Positions 1-7,340 of a stretch of 64,000 nt of DNA are shown here, piece by piece. Where the stretch lies: NCBI GenBank assembly GCA_003281165.1, contig QCCT01000007.1, positions 4,057-68,056 on the forward strand. The letters run 5' to 3'. The first letter of the stretch is position 1. Each line of letters starts with the position of its first letter. Source of the DNA: Prochlorococcus sp. AG-347-M18 (GTDB taxonomy: Bacteria > Cyanobacteriota > Cyanobacteriia > PCC-6307 > Cyanobiaceae). The notes under the pieces were generated by a model. It was not told the origin of the DNA. It searched no databases and saw only the letters and a list, made by a program, of their open reading frames with translations. The position numbers and the translations under genes are program-made.

Positions 1-787
1 GACACCCGCAATGAGGAATTGGGTGAAGAGAAATAGCACTGTTGTTTTAGGCGTAAGCGCAATTGATATTGACGATCATAGTGACCATGATGACCACGAC
101 GATCATGGACACTCAGCAAAGAAACATGATGACCATGATGACCACGACGATCATGGACACTCAGCAAAGAAACATGATGACCACGACCATCATGATCACG
201 GAGGCGTGGATCCACATGTCTGGCATGATCCTCATAACATCATCAAGATGGGTGAAGTCGTATCAAAAAGTCTTAAAAAAGATGTGCCTGAAAGAAAACT
301 ACGCAAAGCTATCTCTAATAGATTCAAAACTTTTGACAAAACACTAGAAGATCTTGATAAATGGATTGTTAAACAAGTATCTACTATCCCTTCTTCAAAT
401 CGTGTAATTGTCTCAAAACACAAAGCTATGGATTACTATGGCGATGCATTTGGTTTTGAAACGATAAGTTTATTAGATTTCTTAGGTCATTCATCTAGCC
501 TGAGGCCTCAGAACATATCAAAAGTTTTAAATGATTTAAAGGAAGAAAATGTCAAAGTCATATTTAAGGAGCAAGATCCTGCTTCAAAATTAGTCAATAA
601 TTTAAGCAAGCAAAGTTCTATCCCACTCTCTTCTAATCAAATTTTTGTCGATGGACTAATGATGGAAGGAAACACTATCACTGTGGCAGTTCATAACACG
701 TGCACTATCGTCAATGAGCTTGGTGGCTCATGTGATGAGACAACAGGTTTTGATTTAGCAAGTAACTGGGGATCACTTAATCAATAA
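1..787 (+). CDS. znuA: Zn/Mn ABC transporter substrate-binding protein (ZnuA/cluster A-I), 5' end lies before the window
   Basis: Frame is open back to position 2 (ACA CCC GCA ATG). His/Asp-rich loop followed by DPHVWHDP, then H(KAM)DYY and VIFKE motifs typical of ZnuA/TroA-type binding proteins. Confidence 0.85.
   Translation, partial: TPAMRNWVKRNSTVVLGVSAIDIDDHSDHDDHDDHGHSAKKHDDHDDHDDHGHSAKKHDDHDHHDHGGVDPHVWHDPHNIIKMGEVVSKSLKKDVPERKLRKAISNRFKTFDKTLEDLDKWIVKQVSTIPSSNRVIVSKHKAMDYYGDAFGFETISLLDFLGHSSSLRPQNISKVLNDLKEENVKVIFKEQDPASKLVNNLSKQSSIPLSSNQIFVDGLMMEGNTITVAVHNTCTIVNELGGSCDETTGFDLASNWGSLNQ
83..178 (+). repeat. Exact 48-bp tandem duplication encoding (DHDDHDDHGHSAKKHD)x2 in the ZnuA His-rich loop
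   Basis: GACCATGATGACCACGACGATCATGGACACTCAGCAAAGAAACATGAT at 83-130 and again at 131-178; a partial third copy (GACCA) follows. Confidence 0.95.
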
Positions 788-797
788 AATTTTATAG

Positions 798-820
798 ATA
801 AAAATGGTTTTCATTTCGAT
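798..820. promoter_or_regulatory. Putative Zur (Fur-family) box upstream of the COG0523 gene
   Basis: ATAAAAATGGTTTTCATTTCGAT matches the cyanobacterial Zur-type inverted repeat NTNANAATGATNATCATTNTNAN (recalled consensus) at 13 of 16 specified positions. A second core, ATGATTAGCATT, lies at 839-850. Context is zinc-uptake genes. Confidence 0.4.
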
Positions 821-871
821 TTTTTGATTATTATATTGATGATTAGCATTACATTTTAAAAACAGAGCGAA

Positions 872-2221
872 ATGAGTATTAAGGAAAAGGTTCCTGTAAC
901 CATACTTACTGGATTCTTAGGATCAGGGAAGACTACCTTGCTTAATAGAATATTGAGTGAAGAGCACGGGAAAAGAATAGCAGTAATTGAAAATGAATAC
1001 GGTGAAGTGGGTATAGATCAAGGGCTCGTAATTAATGCCGATGAAGAAGTGTTTGAGATGTCAAACGGGTGCATTTGTTGTACTGTTCGCGGCGATTTAA
1101 TAAGAGTCCTTGGCAACCTTATGAAAAGAAGAGATAAGTTTGACTATGTTTTAGTAGAAACGACAGGATTAGCAGATCCAGGTCCAGTTGCTCAGACATT
1201 TTTCATGGATGAAGAGATTAGTTCTGAATTCACTCTTGATGGAATTGTGACTTTAGTTGATGCTGCCCACATTGATCAACAGTTAGGCAGGAGTGATGAA
1301 AGTTCAGAACAAGTGGCATTTGCAGATGTTCTTGTCCTTAATAAAACTGATTTAGTCTCTGATGATGCACTAAATACTCTTGAATCGAGATTGAGAGATA
1401 TGAACCGAATGACCCGAATTATTAGAGCCGAGAATGCCAAAGTACCAATTGAAACAGTCTTAAATCTAAGTGCATTTGATCTTGATCAGATCCTTAAACG
1501 CAGGCCAACATTCCTTGAACCAGAATATCCTTTTGAATGGACAGGTGTTTACAATCTTGATGCAGGTAAATATGAATTAATGCTAGAAGAAGGACCCGAT
1601 CCAGAAATGTCCTTAGTAGCCCTCGCTAACCAAGGAGAGAGTGAAGAGGAACTTAAAGATGGTGCTGAATCCTCCGTGAGACTTTATGCAGAAAAAGCTA
1701 ATAGTTTAGATCCTGGAAATACCATCCCATATGGAGAACATATAATTCTCAAATTAGAGGATAAAGGAAATAAATCATTCATCCTGAACATAGAAAAACC
1801 AACAAAAATAGGTTTGTTTACACAGCACACTGCTGAAGAATTCAATATGAAAGTCATTAAAAGTGACGAAAATAAAGAGATTCCATTTAATACTGAAAGA
1901 TTCTGGCAAGCAGAGCACGAACATGATGATGAAGTAGGCTCAATTGCTATAGAGCGTTTTGGAGATGTTGACCCAGAAAAACTAAATACTTGGATGGGAA
2001 GACTTCTATCAGAAAAAGGAGTGGATATATTCAGAACTAAAGGTTTCATAAGTTACTCAGGTAACCCAAGGAGAATAGTTTTCCAGGGAGTTCACATGTT
2101 ATTTACTGCACAACCTGATAAAGAATGGGGTAACGAACCTCGTAGAAATCAACTTGTTTTTATCGGTAGAAATTTAAATGAGAAAGAGATGCAAGAAGGC
2201 TTTGATAAATGCCTGATATAG
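872..2221 (+). CDS. COG0523 / CobW-family G3E GTPase, putative zinc metallochaperone
   Basis: Walker A GFLGSGKTT, ENEYGE, GCICC metal motif, ETTG, NKTD; C-terminal CobW_C domain (FRTKG...FQGVH...LVFIGRNL) preceded by HEHDDE. Confidence 0.92.
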   Translation: MSIKEKVPVTILTGFLGSGKTTLLNRILSEEHGKRIAVIENEYGEVGIDQGLVINADEEVFEMSNGCICCTVRGDLIRVLGNLMKRRDKFDYVLVETTGLADPGPVAQTFFMDEEISSEFTLDGIVTLVDAAHIDQQLGRSDESSEQVAFADVLVLNKTDLVSDDALNTLESRLRDMNRMTRIIRAENAKVPIETVLNLSAFDLDQILKRRPTFLEPEYPFEWTGVYNLDAGKYELMLEEGPDPEMSLVALANQGESEEELKDGAESSVRLYAEKANSLDPGNTIPYGEHIILKLEDKGNKSFILNIEKPTKIGLFTQHTAEEFNMKVIKSDENKEIPFNTERFWQAEHEHDDEVGSIAIERFGDVDPEKLNTWMGRLLSEKGVDIFRTKGFISYSGNPRRIVFQGVHMLFTAQPDKEWGNEPRRNQLVFIGRNLNEKEMQEGFDKCLI

Positions 2222-3282
2222 AACCATTTAGCCCAAGAGGCATGTTCCATGAAGGATGGACTGCTGAAGTTAACGATTACGCCATAGCATGTGGCTGGGC
2301 TCTTAAAGGAAAACAATTTATTGTTGGCGACGTAGCAGGAGGTCTTTTTTCGTTCGAAGGAGATACCGGAAAAATTATTTGGAAAAAAGAAAATACTCAC
2401 TCTGGTGGTCTACTAGCAATGGCAATTCATCCAGAGGGTGAAATTTTTGCAACATCAGGTCAGGATGGAAATGTTCAAATTTGTAATTGCCATGAAGGTA
2501 AAGTTATTAAAACACTTGATCTTGGCAAAGGTTGGGTAGAACACCTCAAGTGGTCTAATGACGGTTTATTTCTAGCGATAGCTTCCTCAAAAAAAGTATA
2601 TGTTTTTAATGAAATTGGTGAAGAGAAATGGATCTCAGAAGACCATCCAAGCACAGTAAGTGCAATAACGTGGTCAAATAAAAATGAGCTAGCAACTGCT
2701 TGCTATGGAAGAGTGACATTCTTTGACATAGTTAATAATAAAACGAATCAAAAACTCGAATGGCAAGGATCATTGGTATCTATGGAATTAAGCCCTGATG
2801 GAGATATAGTCGCCTGTGGGAGTCAAGACAATTCAGTTCATTTTTGGAGAAGATCAACAGGAATGGATGCTGAAATGACTGGATACCCTGGTAAACCAAG
2901 TCATCTTTCTTTTGATGACAGCGGAAAATTATTAGCAACTAGTGGCAGTGAAAGAATTACAGTTTGGAGCTTTAGAGGAAATGGTCCAGAAAGGACTATG
3001 CCAGGAGAGCTATGTCACCATACAGAACCAATTTCGAGCCTAGCCTTTTCAAATAAAGGTATGCTTGTAGCCTCAGGATCTAGGGATGGTTCTGTTGTCG
3101 CAAGTTTTCTCAAAAATGACGGTAATGGTGATCCCGTTGGGGCTGCATTCGCAGGAGATTTAGTAGGGGCAATATCTTGGAGACCTGATGATTGTGCACT
3201 TGCAGCAGTCAATGCAAAAGGTGTTGTAAATGTATGGAAATTTAAAGTTCGTACTAACCTTTTTTCAAAGGGATTTAAGTAA
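2209..3282 (+). CDS. WD40-repeat beta-propeller protein
   Basis: Repeated blades such as 'HPEGEIFATSGQDGNVQI', 'SPDGDIVACGSQDNSVHFW', 'FSNKGMLVASGSRDGSV'. Overlaps the cobW-like stop by 13 bp, suggesting coupling. Confidence 0.88.
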   Translation: MPDIEPFSPRGMFHEGWTAEVNDYAIACGWALKGKQFIVGDVAGGLFSFEGDTGKIIWKKENTHSGGLLAMAIHPEGEIFATSGQDGNVQICNCHEGKVIKTLDLGKGWVEHLKWSNDGLFLAIASSKKVYVFNEIGEEKWISEDHPSTVSAITWSNKNELATACYGRVTFFDIVNNKTNQKLEWQGSLVSMELSPDGDIVACGSQDNSVHFWRRSTGMDAEMTGYPGKPSHLSFDDSGKLLATSGSERITVWSFRGNGPERTMPGELCHHTEPISSLAFSNKGMLVASGSRDGSVVASFLKNDGNGDPVGAAFAGDLVGAISWRPDDCALAAVNAKGVVNVWKFKVRTNLFSKGFK

Positions 3283-3300
3283 AAAGTAAAAATTTATTAA

Positions 3301-3456
3301 TTACCAATAGTTAGCTTTTAAATGTCTTTCCATACATATAACCTCACAGTCATTATCTATCCCTTTTGGGTGAATATCGCAATATGAAAGACATTGAAAA
3401 TATTCGTCTATGGGATTAGATTTATCAGTTTTACTAACTTCTTTCGAATGATTCAT
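3301..3456 (-). CDS. 51-aa small protein with twin CX3C motif (not in ORF track)
   Basis: Manual translation MNHSKEVSKTDKSNPIDEYFQCLSYCDIHPKGIDNDCEVICMERHLKANYW*. GAGG Shine-Dalgarno upstream (TGAGGAAATCTTTT-ATG). Stop lies 18 bp from the convergent WD40 stop. Confidence 0.75.
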   Translation of the reverse strand: MNHSKEVSKTDKSNPIDEYFQCLSYCDIHPKGIDNDCEVICMERHLKANYW

Positions 3457-3742
3457 AAAAGATTTCCTCAATTATTTAAAATTAAGATAGACGAATTAAA
3501 TATCAAAGGAAATAAGCAAAACTTACTAAAAATATCTCAAAAAAATTAGAACGATTGATTACTACTCTCGGACATTTTTAATTAAAAAGCAATGCGTATA
3601 AAAACGGATTGTCTTTAGAGAAATATTTTCCTAATTTTATATTGTTGAGTTCTAGGAGGTCTTTCAAAATGATCGATAGCCTGCCTGAAATTTCGGAATA
3701 AACCGAACTAATTTAATTAACTGCTCCAATTATTTTTTATTA

Positions 3743-3832
3743 ATGTCTAAGCTTCCTTCTTCTGCATCGTTTAGGTGCCCTTTAAGAAACAAGCTTAATT
3801 CTAGAGTTTTTGCCCCAGTTAAAGACAATTAG
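3743..3832 (+). CDS. Putative 29-aa basic micro-peptide
   Basis: MSKLPSSASFRCPLRNKLNSRVFAPVKDN*; locally less AT-rich than its flanks and upstream of the terminator; no clear SD. Confidence 0.3.
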   Translation: MSKLPSSASFRCPLRNKLNSRVFAPVKDN

Positions 3833-3927
3833 TTAATTTTGGTGAGCATTAGCTTAATAGAAGTTAGCAACAAGGATCCATGATTTAGGTACGTTATTAA
3901 CTTCAGTAAAAAATATAAGTAAGAGAT

Positions 3928-3958
3928 AAAAGAGGGCTTAAATAAGCCCTCTTTTTTT
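3928..3958. terminator. Intrinsic terminator, potentially bidirectional
   Basis: AAAAGAGGGCTTA-AA-TAAGCCCTCTTTT perfect inverted repeat with a T7 tail on + and an A-run on the 5' side. Confidence 0.85.
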
Positions 3959-4014
3959 ATAAGATGACTTTATTCTAGTTTTATAGATAATGATTAAAGC
4001 AATAAAATTTTAAA

Positions 4015-4275
4015 ATGGTTAGATATTATTGCCCATATTGCAATCCTAAATATCAATTTCAAAAACAATCCTCAAAAGGTAATTTGATTTGTGGCTTGTG
4101 CGGAGAGGATCTTGTAAAAAAACCATTTATTAGGTTGAACCAGATAATTGCTTTAGTTGCAGCGTCATCATTACTTCTACCGTTGATATATACTTTTATT
4201 TTTTTAATTAAAAATCAAATAAATCCTCCTAATAAAAATTATCAAGCAAATGGTAATTTGATGATAATTATCTAA
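4015..4275 (+). CDS. Small zinc-ribbon membrane protein (hypothetical)
   Basis: CPYC...CGLC pair followed by one hydrophobic helix (IIALVAASSLLLPLIYTFIFLI). Confidence 0.75.
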   Translation: MVRYYCPYCNPKYQFQKQSSKGNLICGLCGEDLVKKPFIRLNQIIALVAASSLLLPLIYTFIFLIKNQINPPNKNYQANGNLMIII

Positions 4276-4314
4276 GAACAAACTTCATAAAACAATTAAA
4301 AAAATCTCAAGAGG

Positions 4315-4548
4315 TCAACCTCTACAAAGTGATTTATTTAAACAAGAATTTTTACTTTCAATATTTATTTGATCATTAATATTTTTTAATTTGTTTTTAT
4401 TACTTATTACTTTAACTTTTTGCCCACAATGTTCCTTGCAACCACCATTAAATAAATTATGTGCATACAAATTAGAAATATTCGTAAGTAATAAAAGAAA
4501 AATTATTTTATAAATTTGATAAAAATAAGACTTAATTGTTAATATCAT
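4315..4548 (-). CDS. Hypothetical small, probably exported Cys-containing protein
   Basis: Signal-peptide-like N-terminus ending LYA-H; GGCKEHC and SCLNKSLCRG. Confidence 0.55.
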   Translation of the reverse strand: MILTIKSYFYQIYKIIFLLLLTNISNLYAHNLFNGGCKEHCGQKVKVISNKNKLKNINDQINIESKNSCLNKSLCRG

Positions 4549-4578
4549 TTTTCAGAATTAGTAAATAAATAATATCAG

Positions 4579-4815
4579 TTAATTCCAAGGAGTGTTAATA
4601 AGTCCCCAGATATCGAAGAAGAAAAATAAAACTGCAATAACAACAAGATCCCATGCTCTTTCCCTAAAAGCCCAAGGCGCAATAAAAACCTCCCCAAGTC
4701 CATGAAGTGCCGCCCCTACTGGTAGATGATCAAGAACCAGCAAACTGTGAGAGAGGATAAAAAGAAAGCTTGCGAAATATCTAAAAAAAACAAATTGCCA
4801 ATTACTAGAACTCAT
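4579..4815 (-). CDS. Hypothetical small membrane protein
   Basis: 78 aa, three hydrophobic segments, two intramembrane His, Trp-rich. Confidence 0.7.
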   Translation of the reverse strand: MSSSNWQFVFFRYFASFLFILSHSLLVLDHLPVGAALHGLGEVFIAPWAFRERAWDLVVIAVLFFFFDIWGLINTPWN

Positions 4816-4891
4816 GCCTTTTAGATTTTTAAGAAATATACTTCAATGATCAAAATAATGATATAGAACGAGTCAAGAGATATTATTTTTG

Positions 4892-4905
4892 GTAGCCATA
4901 AATAC
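4892..4905. promoter_or_regulatory. Putative NtcA binding site
   Basis: GTA-GCCATAAA-TAC is an exact GTA-N8-TAC, 38 bp upstream of the ATP-grasp ATG, with A/T-rich flanks. Confidence 0.6.
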
Positions 4906-4943
4906 GAATAAAGATATAAACCTAAAGTAAAAGTTACTAAACG

Positions 4944-6386
4944 ATGAAATATATGTTTTCAAGTTATCAGCCTAAAAATAGTTTTGATGAATACTTTAAG
5001 GATAATGTTAACTCTGCTAGAGAAATATTGATTCCACTTCTTTCATCTTTAGATAATATGGGACTTGAGGAATTAAACAGGAATCATTCTGCCGCAAAAA
5101 AATTATTACTAAGACATGGTGCAACTTTTAGATTAAATGATACTGGTTTAAAAGGAACTGAGAGAATATTACCTTTTGATCCACTTCCTAGAATAATTAG
5201 TAAAGATGATTGGGTAACTTTAGAAAAAGGACTAAAACAAAGACTTGAGGCAATTGATTTATTCCTAGATGATATTTATAATTCTCAAAAAATAATTAAT
5301 GATGGAATAATTCCAAGAGAATTAATAGAGAGTTCAGAAGGTTGGAGACCTCAGATGATAGGTTTCAAACCTCCACTAAATAAATGGTGTCAAATTTCAG
5401 GACTTGATTTAATAAGGGATAGAAAAGGAGATTGGCATGTTTTAGAAGATAATTTAAGGTGCCCTTCTGGGGTTGCTTATTTTTTAGAAAATAGATTAGT
5501 TATGAAGAATATTTTCCCTAATCTTTTCTCAGGAAGAATAGTAAAACCAATTGATGAATATCCATCATATCTTTTAAAAACTCTTCAAGAACTAGCTGTT
5601 TGGACTGACACTCCTAAGATAGTTCTATTAACTCCAGGAATCTTTAATAGTGCTTATTTTGAACATAGTTATTTAGCTCAAGAAATGGGCATCCAACTAG
5701 TTCAGGGTCATGACTTAGTTTGTAATGATGATTATGTATATTTAAAAACTACCTCTGGATTAAAAAGAGTAGATGTAATTTACAGACGAATTGATGATGA
5801 TTTCTTAGATCCACTTAATTTCAGAAAAGATTCCTGCCTTGGTGTTAGCGGATTACTTGATGTTTTTAAGGCAGGTCATGTTGCTTTAGCAAATGCACCT
5901 GGGACCGGAATAGCAGATGACAAAATGATTTATTCTTTTGTTCCAAAAATGATTAAATATTATCTTGATGAAGAAATTATTATTAAAAATGTAGAAACTT
6001 ATATTTGTCATTATCAAAAAGATCGAGAATATGTTCTAGAAAATTTATCAAAACTTGTTGTTAAGTCTGTCGCAGAGGCTGGTGGTTATGGAATGTTAAT
6101 TGGCCCTCACTCAACAACGAGTGAGTTAGAGGAATTCGCTAATAAAATTAAAAATAATCCTAGAAATTTCATAGCACAACCAACATTAGAATTATCTACT
6201 GTGCCATCGTTATGTGATGGAGAACTATATCCATGTCATGTTGATTTAAGACCCTATATATTAAGAGGAAAAGATTCATGGGTTAGCCCAGGCGGGCTTA
6301 CGAGAGTAGCATTAAAAAAAGGATCATTAGTCGTCAATTCTTCTCAAGGTGGAGGATGCAAAGATACATGGGTTGTAGGTAAATAA
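4944..6386 (+). CDS. Circularly permuted type 2 ATP-grasp protein (COG2308, DUF404/407)
   Basis: VLEDNLRCPSGVAY, VDVIYRRIDDDFLDP, ANAPGTGIADDK, GGYGMLIGP, HVDLRPY, PGGLTRVAL, NSSQGGGCKDTWV. Confidence 0.93.
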   Translation: MKYMFSSYQPKNSFDEYFKDNVNSAREILIPLLSSLDNMGLEELNRNHSAAKKLLLRHGATFRLNDTGLKGTERILPFDPLPRIISKDDWVTLEKGLKQRLEAIDLFLDDIYNSQKIINDGIIPRELIESSEGWRPQMIGFKPPLNKWCQISGLDLIRDRKGDWHVLEDNLRCPSGVAYFLENRLVMKNIFPNLFSGRIVKPIDEYPSYLLKTLQELAVWTDTPKIVLLTPGIFNSAYFEHSYLAQEMGIQLVQGHDLVCNDDYVYLKTTSGLKRVDVIYRRIDDDFLDPLNFRKDSCLGVSGLLDVFKAGHVALANAPGTGIADDKMIYSFVPKMIKYYLDEEIIIKNVETYICHYQKDREYVLENLSKLVVKSVAEAGGYGMLIGPHSTTSELEEFANKIKNNPRNFIAQPTLELSTVPSLCDGELYPCHVDLRPYILRGKDSWVSPGGLTRVALKKGSLVVNSSQGGGCKDTWVVGK

Positions 6387-6387
6387 T

Positions 6388-7329
6388 ATGCTTTTAAGTC
6401 GTGTAGCAGAATCTCTTTATTGGATCAATCGTTATTTAGAACGTGCGGAAAACATATCTCGTTTCGTGGAAGTAAGCGAAGCAATGTCATTAGATTGTCC
6501 ACCAGGAAGTGCAGAACCTTGGCTCCCTTTAATTGATGCTTCGAGTGACAGAGAATCTTTTGATAAGAGATTCCCAGAAAAAAAACCAGATGACGTTATT
6601 AATTTTTTAATAAGAGATCGTTTAAACCCAAATAGCATAATTTCTTGCATTCAAATGGCAAGAGAAAATGCAAGACAAATAAGAGATGTCATGACCACAG
6701 AAATGTGGGAACAGATTAATATTTTATATTGGAATATGCAAGAAGGAGAGGCAATATGGAATAAACCAAGACAAGAACAATTAAGTGAAATAAGGAGGGA
6801 ATGTCAGCTTTTTTATGGAATTACAGATGCGACTCTAAGCAAAGATCTTGCCTGGAGATTTAGCATTCTTGGAAGATTAATCGAAAGAGCTGACAAAACA
6901 TCAAGAATTTTAGATGTTAAATATTATTTACTCCTACCCAGCTTAGATGAACTTGGAGGAGTTCTTGATGAGCTGCAATGGATAGCACTTTTACGTTCAG
7001 CTGGAGCTTATCAAATGTTTAGGAAAGCAGTGCAAAATTCTATAAAGCCTAATTCAGTTGCGAGATTTCTTTTACTTGATCCAATTTTCCCTAGATCAGT
7101 AAGATACTGTCTTGATGGGATAAGCAATACTCTTAAAACAATAGATACCTCTCCTTCAACTGAAAATCCTTCAGAATTAGAATGTATGAGAGGTTTGCTT
7201 AAAGCAAAGTGGAGTTATATCAGAATTGAAGATATAATCAATGATGGTTTGCATGAGGCAATCGATTCATTGCAAATGGATTTAAATAAATTAAATGATC
7301 TCATTCAAGAAAAATATTTTATTAATTAA
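6388..7329 (+). CDS. Alpha-E domain protein (COG2307, DUF403)
   Basis: MLLSRVAESLYWINRYLERAEN and second ER repeat GRLIERADKTSRIL; PNSI and FPRSV motifs; starts 1 bp after the ATP-grasp stop. Confidence 0.92.
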   Translation: MLLSRVAESLYWINRYLERAENISRFVEVSEAMSLDCPPGSAEPWLPLIDASSDRESFDKRFPEKKPDDVINFLIRDRLNPNSIISCIQMARENARQIRDVMTTEMWEQINILYWNMQEGEAIWNKPRQEQLSEIRRECQLFYGITDATLSKDLAWRFSILGRLIERADKTSRILDVKYYLLLPSLDELGGVLDELQWIALLRSAGAYQMFRKAVQNSIKPNSVARFLLLDPIFPRSVRYCLDGISNTLKTIDTSPSTENPSELECMRGLLKAKWSYIRIEDIINDGLHEAIDSLQMDLNKLNDLIQEKYFIN

Positions 7330-7340
7330 TAAGTTTATTA

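Larger units (their letters stand above)
3650..3958 (+). ncRNA. Candidate small RNA / micro-peptide transcript
   Basis: TATATT -10-like hexamer at 3638-3643, AGGAGGT at 3654-3660, 10-codon ORF 3669-3701, TTCGG/CCGAA hairpin, 29-codon ORF 3743-3832, strong terminator at 3928-3958. Ends are approximate. Confidence 0.4.

Noticed and set aside
83-183. Repeat as a possible CRISPR array
   Set aside because: Contiguous in-frame coding duplication with no spacers; no cas genes in the window.
63-347. Met/Thr-rich 94-aa ORF
   Set aside because: Alternative-frame reading of the ZnuA His/Asp repeat (CAT GAT GAC shifted gives ATG ATG ACC).
3770-3800. TAGGTGCCC resembling the start of a cobalamin riboswitch near a CobW-like gene
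   Set aside because: No GGGAA...CCG core or B12 box follows, and it is not upstream of the cobW-like gene.
4261-4290. Possible premature stop in the zinc-ribbon gene (TAA followed by EQTS*)
   Set aside because: Would remove only a few terminal residues; cannot be judged without orthologues.
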